Assembly: GCA_013791785.1 (NCBI GenBank) | Contig: VMTD01000047.1 | Span: forward strand, 1,704 to 65,703 | DNA length: 64,000 nt | Direction: 5' to 3' | Source: Methanobacteriota archaeon | Lineage (GTDB): Archaea; Thermoplasmatota; Thermoplasmata; SG8-5 | Shown here: positions 16,657 to 27,089 of the stretch, in pieces | Numbering within the stretch: position 1 is the stretch's first letter | How the letters are laid out: the number at the start of each line of letters is the position of its first letter | Program-made: the position numbers and the translations under genes | The notes under the pieces: model-generated | Databases searched by the model: none | Seen by the model: only the letters and a program-made list of their open reading frames with translations | What the model was told of the DNA's origin: nothing

Positions 16657-17808
16657 CTACATGTCGGCATCCAGTTCTCTCATGGCTTCTGCAGTCTTCT
16701 TTAGATATCCGGTCGCGTTCAACTTCCTGAAGCCCTCCAGAGCCTTCATGTACACTTTCTTTGCTTCGTCCTTTTGGCCGAAATCCTTGAGAGCCCTGCC
16801 GTAATCGAGGGAAACGATGCTGATGTCGTAGGGCGCATTGAGTTCTTTCAGGATATTCAGCGCGGTTTCGAACTCCTGTCGGGCACCATTTTGATTGTTC
16901 GTTTTGTGGAGGATGAGAGCTCGGACATAATGGGTGTAGGCGATAGCATATTTATCGTCCATGGTAGCGAGTATCTCTTCCGCCTGCTTGACCCGTTCTT
17001 CCGCTTCCCCGATATTGCCCAGCCTCGTCAGGCACTCCGCCGCGTTCGTCAGGCCATATGCTTCGGTGTGCCTGTCGTTTGAGCGTTTGGAGGCGTCCAC
17101 ACACTTCTTGTACTGTTCGCTCGCCTTAAGATAGTCTCCCGTTCCTTTGTAGACCTCGCCCAGGTTGTTGAAGGAGCGGGCCATCTCCTTGAAGTCGCCA
17201 GCCGCTTCGCAGACCACTATGGCCTCCCCGAATCTCTTTATGGCAATATCTGTATCCCCAACATTGTCTGCTATGGTGGCCAGAAGGTTGAGGGCCTGGC
17301 CCCTGAGATTGCCGCCGTTGCAATCCTCCGTCATCTTCAGAGACTTCTCGGTTCCCACACGCGCGGCGTCCATATCCCCCAAACGCCATGCGACGTACGC
17401 GAGGCCATAGTGGCATTTGGCGATGATCGTGTTCACGCCGTGCTTCTTTCCGAGTTCCAGCGTGTCAAGGTATCGCTTCCCTGCCTCCTTCCACACGCTC
17501 CGGTTCGTGAGTATCTTCGCAGCCCTCAGGTTTGCTTCCATCTCAAGCCGACGGTTCATATGCTTCCTGGCGGTTTTCGTGATAGTATCGATGTACATGA
17601 GTGCGTCCACCCAATTGCCGCTCGAATCCAGCACATCCACGATTTTCAGGAGGATCTCGTTCCGTAATTTCTCTGTTCGATGCGAGGACGACTGTCCGGT
17701 CGCCACATCCAGTGCACTTTTGTAATGGTTCAACGCCGTCTCATAATCATAATTTCTGTAGGCCTCGTCAGCGGCCATCAACTGAACTTCCACATCTCCA
17801 GCGCTCAT
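16657..17808 (-). CDS. TPR-repeat protein
   Basis: 383 aa of repeated 34-aa helical units (...YDYETALNHYKSALD..., ...AYTHYVRALILHK...). Confidence 0.7.
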   Translation of the reverse strand: MSAGDVEVQLMAADEAYRNYDYETALNHYKSALDVATGQSSSHRTEKLRNEILLKIVDVLDSSGNWVDALMYIDTITKTARKHMNRRLEMEANLRAAKILTNRSVWKEAGKRYLDTLELGKKHGVNTIIAKCHYGLAYVAWRLGDMDAARVGTEKSLKMTEDCNGGNLRGQALNLLATIADNVGDTDIAIKRFGEAIVVCEAAGDFKEMARSFNNLGEVYKGTGDYLKASEQYKKCVDASKRSNDRHTEAYGLTNAAECLTRLGNIGEAEERVKQAEEILATMDDKYAIAYTHYVRALILHKTNNQNGARQEFETALNILKELNAPYDISIVSLDYGRALKDFGQKDEAKKVYMKALEGFRKLNATGYLKKTAEAMRELDADM

Positions 17809-19039
17809 CTAAGACCCCATCCAACACGGACAATAAAAAGGTTTCGACGTTTGTCTCGTTGAAAGTTGTTTTACTGCACAAATGCCGAGAACGCTCAGTC
17901 CTTCAGGGCTGAGATGAATCGGCATGAACAGTAAAAACGTAGGAAACCGCCATGCACCGTGCAATTATTGGCAAATGAAATCAAAGCGCATTAGCTTTGA
18001 TAATTCAGGTGCATGGCCCCATAGGTAAACTTCCAGCCCAGAATCTTGTGACAATGGTTCCATACGTAAACGGCAGCTCATTTATGGGCTGATAGTTTAC
18101 AGAAAAAAGGGCGCTAACGGGTAGTGCTAGTGCTTTCCATCGGTCATCGGTTAAGGAAGAACCGTCTGTGGGGCTGTGGCAAACACACAGTACAGACAAG
18201 GGTTTTTACCCGTGATGTGCGCCTGCCCTGCTTTGACCGCCAAGGAAATAGTCACCAACCTCCTGTTCATTTTCTAATGAGCCAGAACCCTTAACCGATG
18301 ATACTGGATAAGCCATACTCTCCTTTCATCTGGATAGCGGCTCTCAATACATAGCCACGTGTGCTGTCGGGATATTCATTGATAACACGCCTACAATTCA
18401 AGCAAATGAGTGCTCCCCTGCGCAGGTATATACACACCGAATAACATGAAATTTGATTGCTCACAGAGTCATTCAGGACGATTTGAGTATATCCATGGCA
18501 TAGAATATCGAGGGGAGCCCTTTGTTTAAACAATTTCTCGCCACTGGAATAGCTTGAAAACGCCCGTATCCGCAGATTTAAAGTCGCGGTATATGGGCGA
18601 GAACATGTTTAATCAATGCCATTCCGATTCCTGGTGCCCGACAATATACTCCTACAACCCCACAACAACGCTTTTATCCAATGACCGCATTAATGATTAT
18701 GGTCAACTACTACTCGGAGCGGGAATAATCGAGGAGATAGCCTACTCGTTCTTTCTGAGCGGTAGTTGACCAACGATCTCCTCGGTTCCTTAAGCTGGGG
18801 AAAATGGAGTTCAGTATCAAGACCCATATGTCGTGTTCGGTCAGATATCAATAAAACTTCAAGTATGAATGACATAAAAATCCGGATTCTACAGAATGAT
18901 ATTGACGTGGAAAGTAATAAAAAGTTACACCTAAATTAGGGAGACAGATTCAAATGAATAATATATTTGACATCAATGGAGAGGCCCCCATGTGTAAATT
19001 ACCAGACCCTAAATCAGATAACATTCGCCGGGGTGAAAT

Positions 19040-20941
19040 ATGTTGATCATTTTCATAGGGATTATCGCAATTCTACTCCAGTTATCTACGGCTTTTCTCG
19101 CATTCCGACTGATAAAGGTCACGGGCAAGCGATGGGCTTGGACGATGGTCGTCGTTGCGATGCTCTTAATGTTTGTGAGGCGAATCATTGCTTTGGGGGA
19201 TATAGTCAATGGAGGGGATGCAACTTCGTCAATGGTGATTACCGATACTTTCTTCACCTTTATGATATCCATAGCCATGCTCGTGGGAGTTGTGGGTATC
19301 GGTTCGTACTTCTCGGAGATGGAGAAAAGCATTGCCAAGCGCAAGAAGGCGGAAGATGAATTGAGCAAGGTTCATGATGCTTTGGAATCGAGCGTAAACG
19401 GCGTGATAATTGCCAATCTGGACGGCGAGATAACATATGTCAATTCCGCGTTCATGGAGATGTTTGAATACGAGAAAATAGAACAGGTAATAGGGAACCC
19501 GGCATCCAAATTGTTTGCCACCGAGAAGATCCAAAAGTTCGCAGATGTCACAACGATAATAGACAAGGTAAAAGGCGAGACAGAAGATTTCACAGCACGC
19601 CGCAAGGACGGGACCCTGTTCCCGGTAGAGGTGTCTTCCTCGATTGTTACCGATAAAAACAACAACACCATAGGCAGGATGGCATCGTTCGTAAACATCA
19701 CCAAGCGCAAGAAGGCGGAGAAGTTGATAGTGCACCAGAACCGAGTACTACGCGCGATTCGCAATGTTAATCAGCTCATAGTCCAAGAAAGAGACCGCGA
19801 CAAATTACTCGATAGTGTCTGCAATATTCTAATTGAAAATCGTGACTATTATAATGCCTGGATTGCACTTTTCGATGGAGATGGGACGTTTATTACAACC
19901 GCCGAGGCGGGTCTGGGTAAGGTTTTCTTGCCCATGCTCGAGCTTCTAAAAGATAATAAGATGCCTGCTTGTATTCAACTGTCTTTACCAAATGAGGGCG
20001 TGTCTCTTATTGATCGCGCCTTATGTTCTGATTGCCCAGGTTTTGATAAAGATGCTGAAACGGAAGCGATGTTTGTCAGAATAGAACATGGTGATAGGAT
20101 ATATGGTATGTTGTCAGTCACTCTTGACAAAGACTATGCTACATTAGAGGAAGAGCAGGGATTGTTTTCAGAGGTTGCCGGAGACATCGCTTTCGCACTG
20201 TTCAACATGGAACTGGAAGAAGAACGGAACCTGGGTGTGGAAAGAATTAAAGAAGAGTACAAACGCGCCGAATTCTACAACGACTTGATGTCACATGACA
20301 TCAGGAACTACAATCAGGGCGCAATGTCGAACCTTGAATTACTCTTGATGTCTGAAAATTACCCTGATGAATACAAAAGGAACACTCAAAACGCTCTCAG
20401 CCAGGTGATAGGCAGCTCTAATCTGATATCCAATCTCAGGAAACTGGGTGAGATGAAAGCGACAGAGTCGGAACTCAGGAGCATTGAGTTGCTGCCGGTG
20501 TTCCAGGACGCAGAGGATAGGGTGAGAACGCAATTCCCCAATAAGCACCTGGAGATAGTATCGGACATCAGCGAGAAAGAATACAAAGTAATCGCTAATG
20601 AACTGCTGACTGACGTGTTCGTAAATCTTTTGGGCAATGCGATGAAATTCGACAGGCGCGATGTTGTGCAAGTGGGTGTTTGCGTCAGTGAGGTCAATAA
20701 CGATTTCTGTAAAATAGAAATTAAGGACAATGGCTCAGGAGTAGATGACATACGAAAAGCCATTATTCTTGACAGGTATAATATGGGCGAGCCTTCAGTA
20801 TCCGGCTCGGGCCTCGGGTTAACCCTTGTGAAGCACATCATTGAAGGTTACGGCGGCAGGATTTGGATCGAGGACAGGGTGGAAGGTGTATCGGACCAGG
20901 GAAGCAATTTTGTGTTTTTAATACCGAGGGGAGGGGATTGA
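19040..20941 (+). CDS. membrane sensor histidine kinase (TM - PAS - GAF-like - HisKA - HATPase_c)
   Basis: N-terminal TM helices; PAS (NGVIIANLDGEITYVNSAF...); phospho-acceptor H-box (MSHDIRN); ATPase motifs (DNGSGV, GSGLGL). Confidence 0.8.
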   Translation: MLIIFIGIIAILLQLSTAFLAFRLIKVTGKRWAWTMVVVAMLLMFVRRIIALGDIVNGGDATSSMVITDTFFTFMISIAMLVGVVGIGSYFSEMEKSIAKRKKAEDELSKVHDALESSVNGVIIANLDGEITYVNSAFMEMFEYEKIEQVIGNPASKLFATEKIQKFADVTTIIDKVKGETEDFTARRKDGTLFPVEVSSSIVTDKNNNTIGRMASFVNITKRKKAEKLIVHQNRVLRAIRNVNQLIVQERDRDKLLDSVCNILIENRDYYNAWIALFDGDGTFITTAEAGLGKVFLPMLELLKDNKMPACIQLSLPNEGVSLIDRALCSDCPGFDKDAETEAMFVRIEHGDRIYGMLSVTLDKDYATLEEEQGLFSEVAGDIAFALFNMELEEERNLGVERIKEEYKRAEFYNDLMSHDIRNYNQGAMSNLELLLMSENYPDEYKRNTQNALSQVIGSSNLISNLRKLGEMKATESELRSIELLPVFQDAEDRVRTQFPNKHLEIVSDISEKEYKVIANELLTDVFVNLLGNAMKFDRRDVVQVGVCVSEVNNDFCKIEIKDNGSGVDDIRKAIILDRYNMGEPSVSGSGLGLTLVKHIIEGYGGRIWIEDRVEGVSDQGSNFVFLIPRGGD

Positions 20942-20950
20942 ATCGCGACA

Positions 20951-21727
20951 GTGTTCACGGTGGATGATGACCCATCGGTCATTGAGATATTCAGAGAGAT
21001 CCTGGAGTTGAAGGGGCACCGGGTTATTGCAGAGGCCTTCAACGGCGAAGAAGCTGTGAGAATATATGGCGGTCTTGCCAATAAACCGGAAATCGTGATA
21101 TTGGACCACAGGATGCCTATTAAGAATGGTATTGAAGCCATGAAAGAAATACATGCGATCAATCCAATGCAATGTATACTTTTTGTCACTGCCGATGATA
21201 AAGCCGCCAAAACCGCTATTGAGATGGGTGCAAATAATTCTATTATTAAACCATTCGATTTGGGCACTGTTCTGAATGCAATAAGCACCGCAATACTTGA
21301 AACAGACAACCGATCAAAGACCATAAGAGAGAATCTTTTGGGAATCGTTTCGAAGTTCAAGGGCTCGGGTGCAGGCGCGCTCAGACACCTTTGCGACGCC
21401 ATAGAAAAGGATATTATCGATATTTACCTTCAGAACATGAAGAAGGATATAGTTAGTTTGGAAATGAGTTCCAGGTGGTCCTGCGAGTTCATGAATCTCT
21501 GCGGGTTCGAATTTCATTACGAACTAAAGGACGAAAACAATGCAGAGATAATAAATGATAGATGTTACTGGCATGAAAAGTTCGGTACCAATCCTATATT
21601 ATGCAGCGTGACCAGGGGCATCTTGACAAGGTTTGCAATGAAGACTGGTCGTGAAATAGACCTTAGGCCGGACATGGTGTTAATGGACGGCAGTGATCGT
21701 TGCCAGTTCACAGTCAAATTGTCTTAG
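20951..21727 (+). CDS. response regulator: receiver domain + C-terminal V4R-like domain (GTG start)
   Basis: TVDDDPSVIEIFREILE...VILDHRMP (receiver D-D-K pattern); C-terminal CSVTRGILTRFAMKTGREIDLRPDMVLMDGSDRCQFTV (V4R-like); RBS ggagggg upstream. Confidence 0.7.
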   Translation: MFTVDDDPSVIEIFREILELKGHRVIAEAFNGEEAVRIYGGLANKPEIVILDHRMPIKNGIEAMKEIHAINPMQCILFVTADDKAAKTAIEMGANNSIIKPFDLGTVLNAISTAILETDNRSKTIRENLLGIVSKFKGSGAGALRHLCDAIEKDIIDIYLQNMKKDIVSLEMSSRWSCEFMNLCGFEFHYELKDENNAEIINDRCYWHEKFGTNPILCSVTRGILTRFAMKTGREIDLRPDMVLMDGSDRCQFTVKLS

Positions 21728-22133
21728 CACTCCAGCATCTCTTTTGCCTTCCTCTTGCCAATTAATTGTTTTCATTGTGTAAACTACCAGCCCCTAAAGT
21801 GGCTGGCGTTTAGAGCAACGATACTCGTTGCGACTTAGCCGAACTTTGAGTTCGGCGATAATAGCCAGGCTGGAAGTTTACCTAGGAAGTCATATGCTGG
21901 TATATGCAAGGTGCATGGCAGGTCATGCACATGTGCACAGCGGTCTACCTTTCACCTATATTCGTGTAAATGGCCTTTCATCCCGGTTTAAAAGCCAGGG
22001 GGTTCCCGGCCATTATCACTAAAGATTGCGGTATTAGGACGAGGGCATGTTCAATCAAACAAGTTTTCACTCCTGATAACCGGGTCATTATGTTCATAAT
22101 CCTCTGCAAATATATCAGAAACTAGGTGAATGA

Positions 22134-22319
22134 ATGGAAGAAAACGTTCCAGTTGACCAAGATAGACCTTTCGTATGGGTCGTGTATTCGATGAAGAGGC
22201 TGAAACTCGGTGCTAAGAACCTTGTCCCGAAGTTTCTTCTGGTCGGTGAGGGGGTGGTATCGATAGGACGGGATAAGCTATACACGCCCTTCAATCGGAT
22301 AACCGCACTCAATATATAG
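22134..22319 (+). CDS. small hypothetical protein (61 aa)
   Basis: RBS aggtga 6 nt upstream; followed on the same strand by the hairpin + T7 terminator inside repeat C1. Confidence 0.3.
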   Translation: MEENVPVDQDRPFVWVVYSMKRLKLGAKNLVPKFLLVGEGVVSIGRDKLYTPFNRITALNI

Positions 22320-22429
22320 TTCCGCATGCTGTCGAAATTTATTGTTAATACACACATATTTCACGCGAAAATATTCACAATTCCACAATCGTCGGGCAAA
22401 ACCTTATCAACTTATACATTCTTGATAGT

Positions 22430-22550
22430 AGCGGGAAGCATGAATCTATTATGTGGGCAATTCCTATCACGATAAACTCTTCCCCACTTTGAGCGGGGCA
22501 AATCTCTCTCCAACCTGGGCGTTATGCCCGAAGCCCCGCCCACCTTTTTT
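22430..22550 (+). repeat. repeat family C, copy C1 (gggaagcatgaatct.ttatgtgggcaattcctatcac ... GC hairpin + T-run); doubles as a + strand intrinsic terminator
   Basis: second copy at 27896..28012; hairpin gagcgggg..ccccgccc followed by accttttttt. Confidence 0.6.
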
Positions 22551-22573
22551 TATCGGATGAGTGGATAAACATT

Positions 22574-22972
22574 TCAAATGTCATGGATCCCTGATTTCCT
22601 CAGGAGAACTACCAGGGAATCGAGAAACGCCACCTCTGATTCGTGATTAAGCGATTTCATCCTGTTTTTCGGGTCAAAAGAATCGACCGTGATGTTCACA
22701 GTACAGGTCGTTTCCGTGCCCCTGATAGTTACCTCGACCGTGTAGAGAATCTCATCGATATCCGGTTCTATGGGTTCCAACCCCTCGTACTTGAAACAGC
22801 ACATGCCACCGTGATGCACATTTTCCGCATGATAATGCTTTCTCGCCCAGCCTCTGGCCTCCAGATGATCTCTCAACCTCTTGTAAACCGGGCACATCTT
22901 CTGCCTGGACTCGTCGAATGGGACTCCCAGGGTTACTTTGCAGGCTTTCAGTTTCAATGCGATATTCTGCAT
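22574..22972 (-). CDS. hypothetical Cys/His-rich protein (132 aa)
   Basis: adjacent to and co-oriented with the 65-aa ORF 22973..23170; TATA-like tttattaatattatag upstream of the pair. Confidence 0.4.
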   Translation of the reverse strand: MQNIALKLKACKVTLGVPFDESRQKMCPVYKRLRDHLEARGWARKHYHAENVHHGGMCCFKYEGLEPIEPDIDEILYTVEVTIRGTETTCTVNITVDSFDPKNRMKSLNHESEVAFLDSLVVLLRKSGIHDI

Positions 22973-23170
22973 TCACACCTTCCCCATATAATTATCCTGA
23001 AGATTGGTTAAAGCATTCTCCATTAAGTTTCTCAATAAGTACAGGTCTTTTCTTCCTGGCTGGCGTTCAATAATATTTGTCAATCTCTCGACACACTGGG
23101 AGAGATTGTCGCATTGTTCCCTGATGCATATTGTCTTTTCGTTTGTTTCCAGCTCTATTTTTCGCATCAC
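22973..23170 (-). CDS. small hypothetical protein (65 aa), first gene of a two-gene unit
   Basis: ORF abuts the downstream gene with no gap; promoter-like AT-rich element upstream. Confidence 0.35.
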   Translation of the reverse strand: MMRKIELETNEKTICIREQCDNLSQCVERLTNIIERQPGRKDLYLLRNLMENALTNLQDNYMGKV

Positions 23171-23457
23171 AAGTATCTATAATATTAATAAAGGTAATAA
23201 ACCTTTGTTTGGATTTTGTCTGAATGTTGATGAATAGCTTTACAGCATCCATATTCAAGTCATGCTTTATCCCATACCCCCACAGCTTTGGCTATGTAAT
23301 CTCTCATGCTCTGAAAAAAAGAATGTTAGATGTATCAAATGAAACAACTTTAAACGTCATCTCGCGGGTTTTATTTTTTCCCGCTCCAATGCCAAAACAT
23401 AACTGTTCGGAGAACAATAATAAGTAAATGAACATCATTCAAGAACGGAGGTGTTAC

Positions 23458-23604
23458 ATGGTCCGAACAAGTGGTCCGAGAGTGGTCAAGAAAAACAAGG
23501 CCGCCATCCCGAAGTTCGTCAGGCAGGCATGGAAACTGAAGGATGGCGACAAGATAAAGTTCAAACTACTGGACGATGGCAAGGTTATAATCTGGAAGGC
23601 GTGA
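23458..23604 (+). CDS. AbrB/SpoVT-family small DNA-binding protein (48 aa), missing from the ORF track because it is shorter than 60 aa
   Basis: MVRTSGPRVVKKNKAAIPKFVRQAWKLKDGDKIKFKLLDDGKVIIWKA fits the swapped-hairpin AbrB pattern (IP..VR..L.LK.GD.I.F...DDGKVI..K); RBS ggaggtg 6 nt upstream. Confidence 0.5.
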   Translation: MVRTSGPRVVKKNKAAIPKFVRQAWKLKDGDKIKFKLLDDGKVIIWKA

Positions 23605-23950
23605 ATAGTTCGTTTTTGTCCCGGCAAAAGCTGATTTTCTACGCAAATCAACAAAACCAGGCAGTGATGGTTGTACGCAAGGCACAGACCATACAGGACG
23701 AGTTAGGGCTGAGGGGGAGCAAAGGTTTCACTTTCAACAAACCCTCCCAATACTTTATATATCGGAAAGTATGAAAGGCATGCGAACCAACTAAGTCGTT
23801 TTCCCATAACAGAACTATTTCTGGCAGTATGGTTCCAAAGACATTTTACAATTTTAATTTCTGATAATCAATAATGATAATCATAAGCGAATTTTTATAT
23901 CAACTCAACGGAGAATGACCTCCGCTCAATAAAGAGCGAGATGAGAATAG

Positions 23951-25090
23951 GTGATGTATATGAAAAGAACGACAATAGGAAACAAAAGATATCTTCCGGT
24001 GTTTTTCACCATGGCATTAATGCTAGCAGGCATGAGCGGATTAGTGAACGCGGCAGATGTGGCAACAAGCACGGATACGGCTGGCGGTCTGCAGGTTCAA
24101 GCAGACAATGTCGCTCCTGCGATAACGGGTTTTGAGATTGTGAATGCGGGTTATACTACAATATTAGATGCCCAGGTTGACGTTAATACGGAAATTACCG
24201 TAAATGTGACCATAGAGGACAACAACGGCTGGGACGATGTGGACACCATTCAGGTCATGTGCTGGTATGATGGTGGAAGCGAAGGATATTTCTCTGGTCA
24301 GACAACGGGTCATAATTACAGGGTATTGCTCTATTATGACAACACGGCTGCCGGAGGAAACGGGCAAACTGTTCCGACAACAGGAAACATGGATGCAAAA
24401 TATTCAACAACTGTTGACCATTCCACGGTAACAGATGGCACACATGCAGTAACTGAGGTCACGGCAAATCAGAAATACAAACTGACATGGAAGTTTACTC
24501 CCAGCTACCAGTTCAAGCAGGCAGACATACCTGCGGTTGCTGATGGAGTGGCATTTGCCAATGCCAACTCATGGAATGTGATGGTCAACGCTACGGATGC
24601 AGCTGCGACCACGAGCCAGAAGGATAGCGGTTCCGATGCTTACGAGTTCGGAATATACAAGTACACATATATTTCCAGTGCAAGCAATACATGGAACGTC
24701 GGAACTGTGGCACCAAACGCCAACTCTGATGCTACAGCGGCCAGTGTTACCACCAGGTCGAACGACGACATGGACCTAACCGTTTGGATAAATGGCGACC
24801 TGACCTGCGCAAGCCCCAGCGACACGATACCCACAAGCGGCTCTTATGTGAAAATCCTGGCTGCTGCAAGCGCAGCGGATGACATAGCCGGTGACCTGAC
24901 TTACACTGCGAACCTGGAGGCAGGCGAGAAAACAATCCTCGCCAATACTGGATACGGTGATCACAGCGCCTATATGGCGAGCAACAGTGCGCTGACAACG
25001 AGCGTGAACTTCAACATCGCAGTGCCCTATGGTACCTTGCCAGGGACATACACTGCTGTATTGACGTTCCAGGTTACTCAGGTAGCATAA
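23951..25090 (+). CDS. secreted Thr/Ala/Asn-rich surface protein, candidate major structural subunit of a surface layer or fibre
   Basis: signal peptide ending LVNA; low-complexity beta-rich composition; TATA tttttatatc ~50 nt upstream; strong terminator downstream. Confidence 0.65.
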   Translation: MMYMKRTTIGNKRYLPVFFTMALMLAGMSGLVNAADVATSTDTAGGLQVQADNVAPAITGFEIVNAGYTTILDAQVDVNTEITVNVTIEDNNGWDDVDTIQVMCWYDGGSEGYFSGQTTGHNYRVLLYYDNTAAGGNGQTVPTTGNMDAKYSTTVDHSTVTDGTHAVTEVTANQKYKLTWKFTPSYQFKQADIPAVADGVAFANANSWNVMVNATDAAATTSQKDSGSDAYEFGIYKYTYISSASNTWNVGTVAPNANSDATAASVTTRSNDDMDLTVWINGDLTCASPSDTIPTSGSYVKILAAASAADDIAGDLTYTANLEAGEKTILANTGYGDHSAYMASNSALTTSVNFNIAVPYGTLPGTYTAVLTFQVTQVA

Positions 25091-25107
25091 GAAAAACAAT
25101 CGAAAAT

Positions 25108-25150
25108 GGAGGAGTTTACTCCTCCTCCTTTTCCCTTTTCTTTCATTTTT
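25108..25150 (+). terminator. intrinsic terminator (ggaggagtttactcctcc hairpin + T-rich tract)
   Basis: perfect 7-bp stem with a 4-nt loop followed by ttttcccttttctttcatttttt. Confidence 0.6.
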
Positions 25151-25197
25151 TCAATTATCACATTTGATAATATTAACGATAGATATTATTCTCATAA

Positions 25198-26496
25198 ATG
25201 ATTTTTACAGGACAGGTAATAATCATGGCTAGAAAAAAATCAATATTGATATTGTGTACTATCATGCTAATCGCATTTTCTTTCCCATTATCCCAAATGA
25301 GTACAGCAACCGATGGAATCGAGAATGTGCAACTTCATATGCCAGTGGAATCTATTTTTTTCAATGACGCAAATCAAATGGTGATGATTACCGGTTTCTG
25401 GCACATATTGGAATTTGACGTTCCTTCTGCAATGGATGCATCTATGGAACTCACGAAAGGAATAGATAGGTATGAATGGACATACAATGAAGGAGCATGG
25501 AACGAGTTAGAACATAACTTGTTCATAGACCAGACGAAGTGTTCATTCAACGGGGAAAGGATATTGTTTTGGATAGCTGTTGACCAATCTGCCATACCTG
25601 GTATTTGGCATCTTGCCGTAAACGCAGGCGAACTGAAAAGTGAACAAGATATTGAATTACGGGAAAGAACAGGGGGTGTGGGATTTTCCACGGCGGATTT
25701 CCTCATCGCAGTACCTCCATATACCCAGATGCAAGTGGAGACTGCAGACACGGGGCAATATGCCAGAGTCCACAATGAGGATGTCGTACCGGTAAATGTG
25801 GATTTTTTCATTGATAATGATAATTGTATAATGATTCCGGGTGAACGTACGCTATCCCCGCTCTCAATGGGGGAGTACTCCCTTGTCTATTCCAGTAACC
25901 CTCTAACTTCCCAAAGACAGGAATTTGGGGGTGAGGTTCTGATTACATACAAATATGTTGGCCCGAGCATTGGGACCGCCCAGTTAATTCCCTCTTACAA
26001 CTATCCATTTGATATCATCATCTTTGTGGGAGACCCTGACCTCGAATTTGTGGAGGCCGATGAATACACTGTACAGTATGTAACCAGCGTCCGAATGGCT
26101 TCCAACGAGACCAGAACCTTCCCGTTGATATTAGACGGCCAGGGGGATATCGACCTTGACATAAATGGGATTGGCTGCACGGTTTCATCGATAGAATTGA
26201 ATGGTGTGGAGGTAGATATGCCGTACCATCTGGAACTGGCTGGTGACAGGTCCGAAACCTTCAACATAATGGTTGAACCAATAATAACCAGCGGCAATGC
26301 TTCTCTTGTGTACCAGATAAACGGTGACCAATACACCACCGTTATTGAGATTGACTCTACTGGCGAACTTCAGGAAAAAATAACAGAAAACTATAGTGGA
26401 TATCTGAACAAGGTTTTACCCCCGGCAGTAATTGGAGTTTTAATCGTTGGTATCCTCATGATGTTATACAAGAGGAGAAGGAGGGTGAAAAGCTGA
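25198..26496 (+). CDS. secreted surface protein with a C-terminal TM anchor + RRRR tail
   Basis: N-terminal signal peptide; C-terminal PPAVIGVLIVGILMMLYKRRRRVKS. Confidence 0.65.
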   Translation: MIFTGQVIIMARKKSILILCTIMLIAFSFPLSQMSTATDGIENVQLHMPVESIFFNDANQMVMITGFWHILEFDVPSAMDASMELTKGIDRYEWTYNEGAWNELEHNLFIDQTKCSFNGERILFWIAVDQSAIPGIWHLAVNAGELKSEQDIELRERTGGVGFSTADFLIAVPPYTQMQVETADTGQYARVHNEDVVPVNVDFFIDNDNCIMIPGERTLSPLSMGEYSLVYSSNPLTSQRQEFGGEVLITYKYVGPSIGTAQLIPSYNYPFDIIIFVGDPDLEFVEADEYTVQYVTSVRMASNETRTFPLILDGQGDIDLDINGIGCTVSSIELNGVEVDMPYHLELAGDRSETFNIMVEPIITSGNASLVYQINGDQYTTVIEIDSTGELQEKITENYSGYLNKVLPPAVIGVLIVGILMMLYKRRRRVKS

Positions 26497-26534
26497 GGTC
26501 TCCAGCTATTGTACTTGTATTCGTCGTAATACTG

Positions 26535-27089
26535 TTGGCAGGTACAACCAGCGTCATGGGGGACGATGGCGGCGTGCAGGTGGAAAATGTATATCCCACA
26601 TTCTCAAATCTGTCGGTGAGTGAAATTAACGGCAATACCCTGGTCACAATCAACGTTTCAGACTATAATTCATTTTGGGACATAGATAGAATATTCATAA
26701 ATGTGACAGATGGAAACGAAGGGGTCTTAAGCATTGCCTACTTTGCGAATAACACCCGTGATTCGCCAAACGGGCAGCTCAGGAACGTTATTGGAAACAA
26801 TCTGGTTTCAGAACTTTCTGGAATTAAACACAGCAATGAAAGCGAGGAATCGGAGAGTTGTTACCTTTTATTAGAAATATGCTTCACTCCTGTTGATGGA
26901 ACCTTCCTAAACGTGGTGGTATGGGATGTGGGTGGACTCTCTGCAACGTACACTGGGCAGTATGTATATCCCCCACTCGCCGGAAAGGCCAACATGAACA
27001 TAATAATCGGGGCGGTTGTGTTCTCTCTCATCCTAACGGTTTCGATTCAGATATTATTAAAACGGAGACACAAAAATGAGAATGTCTGA
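26535..27089 (+). CDS. secreted surface protein with a C-terminal TM anchor (TTG start)
   Basis: signal-like N-terminus; C-terminal NMNIIIGAVVFSLILTVSIQILLKRRHKNENV. Confidence 0.55.
   Translation: MAGTTSVMGDDGGVQVENVYPTFSNLSVSEINGNTLVTINVSDYNSFWDIDRIFINVTDGNEGVLSIAYFANNTRDSPNGQLRNVIGNNLVSELSGIKHSNESEESESCYLLLEICFTPVDGTFLNVVVWDVGGLSATYTGQYVYPPLAGKANMNIIIGAVVFSLILTVSIQILLKRRHKNENV

Noticed and set aside
23451-23774. Track ORF 23451..23774 (+, 107 aa)
   Set aside because: It overlaps, in another frame, a short ORF with a good RBS and a clear AbrB-family pattern; the 107-aa product is low complexity with no motif.
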